A stretch of 14,602 bases of DNA from Patescibacteria group bacterium (GCA_029210775.1 JARGGI010000024.1:1-14602), one strand, 5' to 3'; positions 1-6,799 are shown, counted from the first letter of the stretch. The notes: generated from the sequence alone by a model not told the origin. A program made the numbers and translations.

Positions 1-88
1 AGCTATAAATTACTATTCTCATTAATACAAAACTATATATCTAAAGTCATGTTAGCTGTTAGCCACCACACATTTTGACAAAGAGCCA
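1..88. repeat. Left copy of 88-bp inverted repeat (IR-A); reverse complement of 1751..1838
   Basis: Direct comparison: 1..70 is a perfect reverse complement of 1769..1838. There are 2 mismatches at 71..72, then 73..88 matches 1751..1766, giving 86/88. The copy starts exactly at the window edge. Confidence 0.9.
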
Positions 89-112
89 TAAAAAAATGGT
101 CTAAACTTATTG

Positions 113-325
113 CTAAACTATAGAATATAACGATAGGTGTATTTCCCCTCCATCTTCGCAATAAATTTTGCGAAATCCGCTTAAAATAACATCTCCTTGT
201 GCTTCAAGATTTGCCATTGCTGATGCAACAATATTATCATCTCTTATATCAAGTATATTGCATAATCGTGTAATTGAGAAATTTTTTATTTTCGAATTTA
301 AGAATTTCAAGTATTCTGGATTCAA
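113..325 (-). CDS. Small winged-helix-like DNA-binding protein, downstream reading frame of an apparently frameshifted gene (upstream frame 249..416)
   Basis: 70-aa ORF with a TTG start only. The segment ITRLCNILDIRDDNIVASAMANLEAQGDVIL looks like a helix-turn-helix plus wing, as in MarR/FeoC-like small regulators. The overlapping frame 249..416 carries AAGGAGG (complement of 425..431) about 8 nt before GTG (416) and ends in ESRILEILKFENKK, which continues naturally into this frame. Confidence 0.45.
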   Translation of the reverse strand: MNPEYLKFLNSKIKNFSITRLCNILDIRDDNIVASAMANLEAQGDVILSGFRKIYCEDGGEIHLSLYSIV

Positions 326-458
326 GATTGCAATACTTGTTCACTGCATTTATTTTTAATTCAGGGTCGCAATTTATTTTTATTTCTATTGTCCACTTTA
401 AAAATTTTATTATCACTTTAAAAACCTCCTTTTTTAAATCTTGCCAAATCATATCATT

Positions 459-1577
459 ATGTCAAGCATAATTCTCTATTTTCAACCATTTTTAATAACA
501 TTTATTTTTAGTCTTGTTTTGACAAAGGCACTTATTTTGTTTAGTAGAAAATATAACAATTGTCATTTCGAACCCGATAGGGTGAGAAATCTAAATGCGT
601 GTAAATGGTTAAAACTACAGATTTCTCGCTTCACTCGAAATGACAAGATTGCATTTTATAATAATTCTCAGAAAAACATTACTCGTTTTGGTGGAGTCGC
701 AATTATCACTTCTTTTTTACTGACGATATTTTTAAGCGGGGATTTGGTTTTTGATAATTTAAAATGGGGGATAGTTATCTCTTCTGTGATAATTTTATTT
801 TTTGGACTTTATGATGATTTCAAAAATTTATCATGGAAACAACAATTATTTGGACAAGTTGTTGTTGTTTTAGTTATGATTTACGCAGGGTTGCAAGTTG
901 ACTATATCGCTAATCCATTTAGTGGACCAGAATTTAGATTAGATGTTTTTCAATATTCAATATTCAATATTCAGTATTCTATTTTAGGCTCGCTCTTTAT
1001 TTTATTTTGGATTATCGGTTTTATGAATGTGATGAACTGGCTGGACGGACTTGATGGATTGGCGGGAGGAGTAGCTTTTATCGGAATGGTGACCTTATTT
1101 TTTCTTAGTATTTCTGGATTAGTTAATCAACCACCACTTGGGATAATTTCTATAACAGTTGCTGGCGCGATTTTGGGTTTTTTAGTTTTTAATTTCAATC
1201 TTGCAAAGATTTTTATGGGAACGAGCGGGTCAATGTTTTTGGGTTTTATTTTAGCTGTGTTGGCCATTTTTTCTGGAGGAAAAATTGCTACTGCACTATT
1301 AGTGATGGGTTTTCCGATTTTAGATGCGTTTTGGGTAATTGCGCAAAGAATAAAGGCAGGAAAATCTCCATTTGAAGGTGATACGCGTCATTTGCACTAT
1401 AAACTTTTAGAGAGAGGTTGGTCTCAAAAAAAGGTGGTTTTATTTATATATTTTATCTGTCTAATCTTTGGCGTTTCCGCTATTTTGTTTCAAAGTCTGG
1501 GAAAATTTGTAGTTTTGTTATTTTTGTTTGTTTTTTCCTATTTTATTTTGACGAGGGTTTTGCGAGAAAAAGTTTAA
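459..1577 (+). CDS. Polyprenyl-phosphate N-acetylhexosamine-1-phosphate transferase (glycosyltransferase family 4, WecA/TagO/MraY superfamily)
   Basis: Multi-pass hydrophobic ORF with the superfamily motifs GLYDDFKNL, NVMNWLDGLDGLAGG and DTRHLHYKLLERG (WecA-type HxH region rather than the MraY HHHFE). The first ATG is at 459; the ORF-track start at 441 is TTG. Confidence 0.85.
   Translation: MSSIILYFQPFLITFIFSLVLTKALILFSRKYNNCHFEPDRVRNLNACKWLKLQISRFTRNDKIAFYNNSQKNITRFGGVAIITSFLLTIFLSGDLVFDNLKWGIVISSVIILFFGLYDDFKNLSWKQQLFGQVVVVLVMIYAGLQVDYIANPFSGPEFRLDVFQYSIFNIQYSILGSLFILFWIIGFMNVMNWLDGLDGLAGGVAFIGMVTLFFLSISGLVNQPPLGIISITVAGAILGFLVFNFNLAKIFMGTSGSMFLGFILAVLAIFSGGKIATALLVMGFPILDAFWVIAQRIKAGKSPFEGDTRHLHYKLLERGWSQKKVVLFIYFICLIFGVSAILFQSLGKFVVLLFLFVFSYFILTRVLREKV
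560..646. repeat. 87-bp palindromic repeat element lying in frame inside the transferase gene
   Basis: Arms tgtcatttcgaacccgatagggtgagaaatct (561..592) and agatttctcgcttcactcgaaatgaca (619..645) are an imperfect inverted pair around a 26-nt spacer. The element translates as CHFEPDRVRNLNACKWLKLQISRFTRNDK without a stop. Confidence 0.8.
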
Positions 1578-1663
1578 AGATATTATTTCTCTAAATTTAT
1601 TTTATACGATTAATTTGTATAATGATTAAAGCTGGCTTAAATTCTTGTAATTTTTTAAGAATT

Positions 1664-1730
1664 CCCTGAATCTTACAGAACATTTTTAGATATAGTATGA
1701 ATCCAAACAGATGACCTGTAAGATGCAGGG
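1664..1730. other. Long imperfect hairpin (15-bp stem, 14 of 15 paired, 37-nt loop)
   Basis: ccctgaatcttacag (1664..1678) pairs with ctgtaagatgcaggg (1716..1730) with a single A.G mismatch. It is preceded by a 7-bp hairpin, aattctt/aagaatt (1640..1663). Neither strand has a T-run. Confidence 0.5.
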
Positions 1731-1750
1731 CATCCTCGTTAATTCTTTTG

Positions 1751-1838
1751 TGGCTCTTTGTCAAAACTTGTGGTGGCTAACAGCTAACATGACTTTAGAT
1801 ATATAGTTTTGTATTAATGAGAATAGTAATTTATAGCT
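1751..1838. repeat. Right copy of 88-bp inverted repeat (IR-A)
   Basis: Reverse complement of 1..88 (86/88). Confidence 0.9.
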
Positions 1839-1859
1839 GTCGTTCCGACCGTAGGGAGG

Positions 1860-2019
1860 AATCGCTCTTATCTGGGAATTGATATCATATATCTTTTTTT
1901 ATGGGAATAGTGTGAATTGTTAATTCTTCAATATAATTCTACCACTTCTTTAGTTATCCACCACAGTTATTAGTGTAGAGCCCTTTTTGTTTGACATAAA
2001 GATATTTTATTGCTAAGAT
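1860..2019 (+). repeat. 160-bp promoter-bearing repeat module (module C), copy 1, upstream of rplU
   Basis: Matches the reverse complement of 8747..8906 with no net indel. The central block 1910..1983 vs 8783..8856 is about 70/74 identical, and the distal block 1860..1885 vs 8881..8906 is 24/26. The -35/-10 hexamers fall at identical offsets in both copies. Confidence 0.75.
1991..2019 (+). promoter_or_regulatory. Sigma70-like promoter TTGACA-17-TAAGAT directed toward rplU
   Basis: TTGACA at 1991..1996, 17-nt spacer, TAAGAT at 2014..2019. Confidence 0.5.
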
Positions 2020-2244
2020 TTTATTACTGGTTTAATACCCTATTGCCAGTAAAAAAAAGAGGAGGTGAGAAACGTGGACGAAGGTAATACAGCTCGTCTA
2101 AAGAATGGTTTATAGAAGATGGATTAAATTAAAATAAGCTCATCAAAATAAATTTTAAAATTTCGCCAGCAATATCTCTAAAATAATTTATAGTTCGGCA
2201 CTTTTCTTAAAATATATTTTTAAACATTTAAATAACAAATAATT

Positions 2245-2565
2245 ATGATTGCAGTAATAAAAACAGGTGGGAAGCAGTATAAAGTTTCTCCAAAAGATAA
2301 ACTAAAAGTTGAAAAACTTGAAGGCGAGGAAGGAAAAAAAATCTTTTTTGATCAAGTTCTTTTGATTTCTGAAGATGATGGAAAAGATATAAACATTGGT
2401 GACCCAGTAGTGAAGGGTGTAAAGGTTGAAGCAAAAATTATCAGACAAGCAAGAGCAAAAAAAATAGAAGTTATAAAACATAAAGCAAAGAAGAGATATA
2501 ATGTTAAAAATGGACACAGACAATATTTTACAGAAGTTGAGATTGAAAATATTGTAAAAGCTTAA
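2245..2565 (+). CDS. rplU: 50S ribosomal protein L21
   Basis: 106 aa with the typical L21 N-terminus MIAVIKTGGKQYKV and a basic C-terminal half. Confidence 0.95.
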   Translation: MIAVIKTGGKQYKVSPKDKLKVEKLEGEEGKKIFFDQVLLISEDDGKDINIGDPVVKGVKVEAKIIRQARAKKIEVIKHKAKKRYNVKNGHRQYFTEVEIENIVKA

Positions 2566-2586
2566 AAATAGTTTCTAATATGAAAA

Positions 2587-2615
2587 AAAACTTCCCGAAA
2601 GGGGAGTTTTTATTT
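2587..2615 (+). terminator. Rho-independent terminator after rplU
   Basis: Stem cttccc/ggggag with GAAA loop, followed by tttttatttt. It is preceded by an A8 run, so it could act in both directions. Confidence 0.7.
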
Positions 2616-2620
2616 TGTTT

Positions 2621-2783
2621 ATGCGTCAATATCCTGTATTAGATCAAAATTAATTAGTAGATACTTTGAATTACGAAATTCAATATATTTGTCACCCTAA
2701 GCTTGTCGAAGGGTAGAAAATGCATCAAATTTATCATAGTTCGACAAGCTCACTATGACAAATTTAGCTATTTCGTAATTCAA
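2621..2783 (+). mobile_element. MITE-like palindromic element (family B), copy 1: core 2666..2783 plus a 45-bp extension shared with copy 4
   Basis: 14-bp terminal inverted repeats TTGAATTACGAAAT ... ATTTCGTAATTCAA. The inner inverted pair is tgtcaccctaagcttgtcgaa / ttcgacaagctcactatgaca. 114/118 identical to copy 2. Confidence 0.8.
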
Positions 2784-2828
2784 AGGAATTAAATTATTTT
2801 ATATTGTTATCTTTGTAGTGTAGTTAAT

Positions 2829-3428
2829 TTATTTATATTCTACTCTTCCAGACAGAGCATTTGAAATTGTTGTTTGGTCGACATATTCAAGATCACTGCC
2901 AGTGGATAATCCTTTTGCAAGACGAGTTATTTTTATATCAAAGTTTTTTAGAACATTGAATAAATATAAAGCAGTTGTTTCTCCTTCAGTGTTTGGGTTT
3001 GTGGCAATGATGATTTCTTTTAATCCATTTGCTTTGATTTTTTCGGTTAATTCTTTGATGCTCAGTTTATCAGGACCTATTCCTTCATTAGGTTTTATAG
3101 TTCCACCCAGGACATGATATAGTCCAATGAAATTTCTTGTATTTTCAATAGCTGGAATGTTGATTGCTTCTTCAATGACGCATATGATTGATTTGTCTCT
3201 TTTGGGATCTGAACAGAATTCGCATAGTTCTGTTTGAGAAATATTATAGCAATTTTTGCAAATCATTGTTTCTTTTTTTAAACTTGAAATTGCATTTGCC
3301 AACTGCTCTGCATCAAAGTCTTCACGGCGGAGAAGATTAAAAGCAAATCGGGCTGCAGTTCGCGGTCCGATTCCTGGTAATTTTGAGAATTCATTAATAA
3401 GGTTTTGAATTGGCTTTGGATAGGACAT
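2829..3428 (-). CDS. recR: Recombination protein RecR
   Basis: 199 aa with the helix-hairpin-helix LPGIGPRTAARFAF, the C4 zinc finger CKNCYN...CEFC and a Toprim-like C-terminal part. Confidence 0.95.
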   Translation of the reverse strand: MSYPKPIQNLINEFSKLPGIGPRTAARFAFNLLRREDFDAEQLANAISSLKKETMICKNCYNISQTELCEFCSDPKRDKSIICVIEEAINIPAIENTRNFIGLYHVLGGTIKPNEGIGPDKLSIKELTEKIKANGLKEIIIATNPNTEGETTALYLFNVLKNFDIKITRLAKGLSTGSDLEYVDQTTISNALSGRVEYK

Positions 3429-3445
3429 GTAAATAGTGTATTAAC

Positions 3446-3563
3446 TTGAATTACGAAATTCAATATATTTGTCACCCTGAGCTTGTCGAAGGGTGGAAAA
3501 TGCGTCAAATTTATCATAGTTTGACAAGCTCACTATGACAAATTTAGCTATTTCGTAATTCAA
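3446..3563 (+). mobile_element. MITE-like palindromic element (family B), copy 2
   Basis: 118 bp with perfect 14-bp TIRs, in the same orientation as copy 1. It lies between the dnaB stop and the recR start. Confidence 0.85.
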
Positions 3564-3590
3564 AAGTATTATAAAAAATAAGTTATATAA

Positions 3591-4958
3591 TTAGTGATTT
3601 TTATCTAAATTTCTAAAGCTTGTATATTGTTCATTAAAAAATAAATTAGCACTTCCGATTGGTCCATTTCTGTGTTTTGCTACGATTATTTCAGCTATAT
3701 TTTTATTTTCAGATTCTCGATTAGCTTTGTCTTCTCTGTAGATAAATAAGACAACATCAGCGTCTTGTTCGATTGATCCACTTTCTCGAAGATCGGACAG
3801 TTTTGGCTTTTGGTCAGTTCGAGATTCAATACCTCTTGAAAGTTGGGAAAGAGCAATGATTGGAATGTTTAGTTCTCTTGCAAGGCCTTTTAAAGATCTT
3901 GAAATATCACTGACTTCAAGGACTCGATTTTCAATCTTTCCACCCCTGCCTTCAATGAGTTGCAGGTAATCAATGATAATCATTCCAAGACCATGCTCTG
4001 CTTGAAGTCTTCTTGCCATTGTTCTCATTCCCATTACATTAATTCCAGGTGTGTCGTCGATAAAAAGAGGGGCTTCAGAGAGTACGCCCATTGCGTGTCC
4101 AATTTTTGAAAAATCATCGTTTTCTCCTATACTTGAAAGTTTTCCCGTTCTCATTTTCCAAAGATCAATATTAGCCTGTGAACAAATTAGTCTATCAATA
4201 ACTTCTCCTTTTGACATTTCAAGAGAAAAAACTCCAACTGGAACTTTCTCTTTTACTGAGGCGTGTCTTGCCAAATCCATTGCAAGTGATGACTTTCCAA
4301 CACTTGGTCTTGCTCCGATTATAATCAAATTTGATTCTTGGAGACCAGAAAGAATATTATCAAGATCATGAAAACCTGTCGGAACTCCACGCATCTTTCC
4401 TTTGTTTTTATGAAGATCATCAATTCTGTCAAAAGCTTCTTCCAAAATTGGTTTAACTGGAGTAAAGTCTTGTCTGACATGTTTTTTTGATACAGCAAAT
4501 ATTTTTTGTTCAGCATCGTCTAAGGTTTTTTCGATTTCCTCGGTTTCCTTATATGCTTCTGTTATAATTTCAGAAGCATTACTTATTAGTTTTCGAAGAA
4601 CTGATTTTTTTGAAACAATTTTTGCGTAATGTACTACATTTGCTGCTGTTGGAACAGTATTTGCAAGGGATGCCAAATAGCTATGTCCGCCAATTTGTTC
4701 AAGTTCCTCTGTTTCTTTCAATCTATTTGAAAGACTCAAAAGGTCTATTGGTTCATGGTGTTCATAGAGATAGATCATTGTTCTATAAATCTTTCCATTA
4801 ATATCTTTATAGAAATCTTCTGGCTCAATTAGGTCACTGACTTTTATAATTGCATTTTTATCTATCATTAGAGATCCTAAAACAGACTGTTCAGCCTCAA
4901 TGTTTTGTGGAGGTAGTTTTTCAGTATTAAAATCTGGATTTTTTACTTCTTTTGCCAT
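3591..4958 (-). CDS. dnaB: Replicative DNA helicase DnaB
   Basis: 455 aa with the N-terminal motif PPQNIEAEQSVLGSLM, Walker A GARPSVGKSS and the RecA-like C-terminal domain IIDYLQL. Confidence 0.95.
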   Translation of the reverse strand: MAKEVKNPDFNTEKLPPQNIEAEQSVLGSLMIDKNAIIKVSDLIEPEDFYKDINGKIYRTMIYLYEHHEPIDLLSLSNRLKETEELEQIGGHSYLASLANTVPTAANVVHYAKIVSKKSVLRKLISNASEIITEAYKETEEIEKTLDDAEQKIFAVSKKHVRQDFTPVKPILEEAFDRIDDLHKNKGKMRGVPTGFHDLDNILSGLQESNLIIIGARPSVGKSSLAMDLARHASVKEKVPVGVFSLEMSKGEVIDRLICSQANIDLWKMRTGKLSSIGENDDFSKIGHAMGVLSEAPLFIDDTPGINVMGMRTMARRLQAEHGLGMIIIDYLQLIEGRGGKIENRVLEVSDISRSLKGLARELNIPIIALSQLSRGIESRTDQKPKLSDLRESGSIEQDADVVLFIYREDKANRESENKNIAEIIVAKHRNGPIGSANLFFNEQYTSFRNLDKNH

Positions 4959-5015
4959 GGTTTATAAGGCTAAATATTTGATTATCTCTTTTGAGTACAC
5001 TTTCGTTATGAACTT

Positions 5016-5044
5016 AGTATATAAAAATAAGCCATATTAATCAA
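5016..5044 (-). promoter_or_regulatory. Candidate dnaB promoter TTGATT-17-TATACT
   Basis: Minus-strand hexamers at 5044..5039 and 5021..5016 with a 17-nt spacer. It overlaps a hairpin, aaataagc/gcttattt, that could terminate cysS. Confidence 0.4.
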
Positions 5045-5123
5045 TAGCTTATTTATACGCAGTTATTGCACAGGTTGTTGAGGTCTATAGATTGATACTT
5101 CTGTTTAGATAAACGAATTTTTT

Positions 5124-6605
5124 TTATTTTTTTCTAATAGTTTTTCCATTCTTATTTTCTTCAATAATATAACCCTTATTTAATATCCTATTTCTTATTT
5201 CATCAGATTTTATAAAGTTTTTTTCTTTTCTTGCTTTTTCTCTTTCTGCTATAAAATCACGAATTTCATCGGTAATAATTTCTCCTGTGGTGTTAGTAAT
5301 TTCTATCATTTTTACTCCTATTGGGATTTTAAATTTTGTTACTAGTTTAATTTTATCTTGTTTGATTTTATCTAAATCCAGTCCTAAAACTTTATCAAAT
5401 TTTAATAATAATTCTTTTTTTAAATTATGATCTAATTTATTAGACTTTATTATTTCCCAAATTATAGCTATAGCTTTTGGAGTGTCTAAATTATTTTCAA
5501 GTGCTTGTTGAAACTGTTTATTATAATTTTTGGTTATTTGCATGTAGTTGAGGGATTGCTTTGTCGCTTCGCTCTTTGCAATGACATCATTAGATCTTAT
5601 AAAATTATATAATTTATTTAGTGCGTTTTGGCTGGCTTCTAAACTTTTCCAAGTGAAATTTAACTGTGATTGAAAGTGCGTTGTAAAACATAAATATCTA
5701 AAAGCAAGAGGATTAAATCCTTTTTTTTCAATGTCTGATATTTTGTAAAAATTGTTTTTTGATTTTGACATTTTTTTTCCATCAACCATAAGATGTCTTC
5801 CATGAATCCAATAATTTACAAATTTTTTTTCACTTGTTCCTTCTGATTGAGCTATTTCATCTTCGTGGTGGGGGAATATATTATCTTCTCCTCCTGTATG
5901 AATATCAATTGTGCTTCCAAGATTTGAACTGCTCATAGCGCTACATTCAATATGCCACCCTGGATAACCTTTTCCCCATGGAGACTTCCATTGCATTAAA
6001 TGTTCTGGAGAGGCTTTGAGCCACAAAGCAAAGTCATAAGCGTTTTTTTTGTCAGGATGAATGTCAAGTCTTGCTCCGTTTTTGAGATTTTCAATAGTAT
6101 TTCCAGACAATTTTCCATAATTTTGAAATTTAGTTACATCATAATAAACAGAACCATTAACCTCATAAGCATATTTTTTTTCAATTAGAGTTTTAATCAT
6201 TTCAATCATTTGATTAATATATTCAGTTGCCTTCGGGAATTTGTGGGCAGGAAGTATATTTAACTTCTTTTCATCTTCAAAAAAAACGCTTTCATAAAAT
6301 CGTGCAATTTCAATTGGACTTTTTCTTTCTCTTTTTGCAGCTTTAAGTATTTTGTCTTCACCAGCTTCAATGTCGTCTTGAGTCAAATGGCCGACATCAG
6401 TTATGTTTTTTATCTGCTTGACTTTATATCCTGAGTATTCAAAAACTCGGCGGAGAAAATCTGCCATTAAATATGTTCGATAATTTCCGATATGAACATA
6501 ATCATAAACTGTCGGTCCGCAATTATACATTCTAACTTTCCCTTTTTCAATTGGTTTAAATTCTTCGATTTTTTTTGTGTATGTGTTATATAGCTTTATT
6601 GTCAT
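5124..6605 (-). CDS. cysS: Cysteine--tRNA ligase
   Basis: Class I signatures: HIGN (YVHIGNYRTY), KMSKS (KKMSKSKNN) and the N-terminus MTIKLYNTYTKKIEEF. ATG at 6605 is preferred over the upstream ORF-track start at 6662, which would add 19 non-conserved residues. Confidence 0.93.
   Translation of the reverse strand: MTIKLYNTYTKKIEEFKPIEKGKVRMYNCGPTVYDYVHIGNYRTYLMADFLRRVFEYSGYKVKQIKNITDVGHLTQDDIEAGEDKILKAAKRERKSPIEIARFYESVFFEDEKKLNILPAHKFPKATEYINQMIEMIKTLIEKKYAYEVNGSVYYDVTKFQNYGKLSGNTIENLKNGARLDIHPDKKNAYDFALWLKASPEHLMQWKSPWGKGYPGWHIECSAMSSSNLGSTIDIHTGGEDNIFPHHEDEIAQSEGTSEKKFVNYWIHGRHLMVDGKKMSKSKNNFYKISDIEKKGFNPLAFRYLCFTTHFQSQLNFTWKSLEASQNALNKLYNFIRSNDVIAKSEATKQSLNYMQITKNYNKQFQQALENNLDTPKAIAIIWEIIKSNKLDHNLKKELLLKFDKVLGLDLDKIKQDKIKLVTKFKIPIGVKMIEITNTTGEIITDEIRDFIAEREKARKEKNFIKSDEIRNRILNKGYIIEENKNGKTIRKK
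5550..5585. repeat. Short GTCATTGC-type palindromic repeat unit in frame within cysS
   Basis: The coding strand reads gtcattgcaaagagcgaagcgacaaagcaatccctc (VIAKSEATKQSL). It is the same unit type as 9978..10010 and 13829..13867. Confidence 0.6.
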
Positions 6606-6663
6606 ATAAAATTTGTTAATTAACTCTTGAATAATTATTGCATAATAAACAAAATTTGCCAAT

Positions 6664-6690
6664 AAAAAAAACCTTACTGGCTGTTAAGGT
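6664..6690 (-). terminator. Rho-independent terminator on the minus strand, about 60 nt upstream of the cysS ATG
   Basis: The minus strand reads accttaACAGCCAGtaaggt followed by seven T (6670..6664), then ATT. Confidence 0.65.
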
Positions 6691-6795
6691 AATGAAGTAG
6701 GGGGGGGTGGTTTTAATCAATGAGCTTGATTAATTTTATGGAAAGGATACCACGCCCCTACTATGTTGAATTTTATTTAGATACTTTGTATCTAA
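6664..6795 (-). ncRNA. Candidate ~130-nt structured RNA (independent sRNA or cysS attenuator leader)
   Basis: It is bounded by a good promoter (6800..6828) and an intrinsic terminator (6664..6690). It contains an 8-bp hairpin, tttagata/tatctaaa, and a GC-rich stem (6697..6711 with 6749..6761) that includes a G8/C8 tract and an inner hairpin, ttaatcaa/ttgattaa. I could not assign it to a known RNA family. Confidence 0.35.
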
Positions 6796-6799
6796 ATTA

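Noticed and set aside
75-103. TTGACA hexamer inside IR-A (75..80) as an outward- or inward-firing promoter.
   Set aside because: No acceptable -10 hexamer lies at 16-18 nt spacing in either copy.
1664-1730. Possible small SRP (4.5S) RNA, because CAGAUGAC...GAUGCAGGGC resembles part of the 3' strand of E. coli 4.5S RNA.
   Set aside because: The defining domain IV features (GNAR tetraloop and the GGAAGCAGC symmetric/asymmetric loop motifs) are absent. The similarity is limited to a few nucleotides.
3278-3517. ORFs 3278..3517 (-), 7657..7845 (-) and 13803..13988 (-), which might be taken for small proteins (for example ..FPPFDKLRVTN.., ..LPYCHTAPSRNDRI..).
   Set aside because: Their sequences are largely read-throughs of the palindromic repeat elements (FDKLRVT is the translation of the gtcaccctgagcttgtcgaa arm; CHTAPSRND of the gtcattgcgag unit). 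They also overlap the recR start or the corA end. They are repeat translations, not genes.
4051-4801. ORF-track entries antisense to or overlapping dnaB (4051..4371 +, 4325..4516 -, 4610..4801 +). The same applies to the analogous ORFs inside rplU (2243..2434, 2302..2523), recR (2902..3117), cysS (6000..6188), hrcA (9410..9613) and dnaK (11609..11791, 12072..12254, 12989..13216, 13020..13232, 13300..13662).
   Set aside because: Each lies wholly or largely within a confidently identified conserved gene, in another frame or on the other strand. They have low-complexity or compositionally odd translations and no SD. This is typical of spurious ORFs in AT-rich DNA.
6664-6795. T-box riboswitch upstream of cysS. 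GGGCGUGGUAUCC loosely resembles the T-box GGGUGGUACCGCG, and a terminator precedes the tRNA-synthetase gene.
   Set aside because: The whole unit is only about 130 nt. The first hairpin is far too short for a Stem I with a specifier loop, no UGC/UGU specifier context or AGAGA/GNUGGA distal motifs are visible, and the GC-rich helix does not overlap the terminator in the antiterminator/terminator manner. I kept it as an unclassified structured-RNA candidate.
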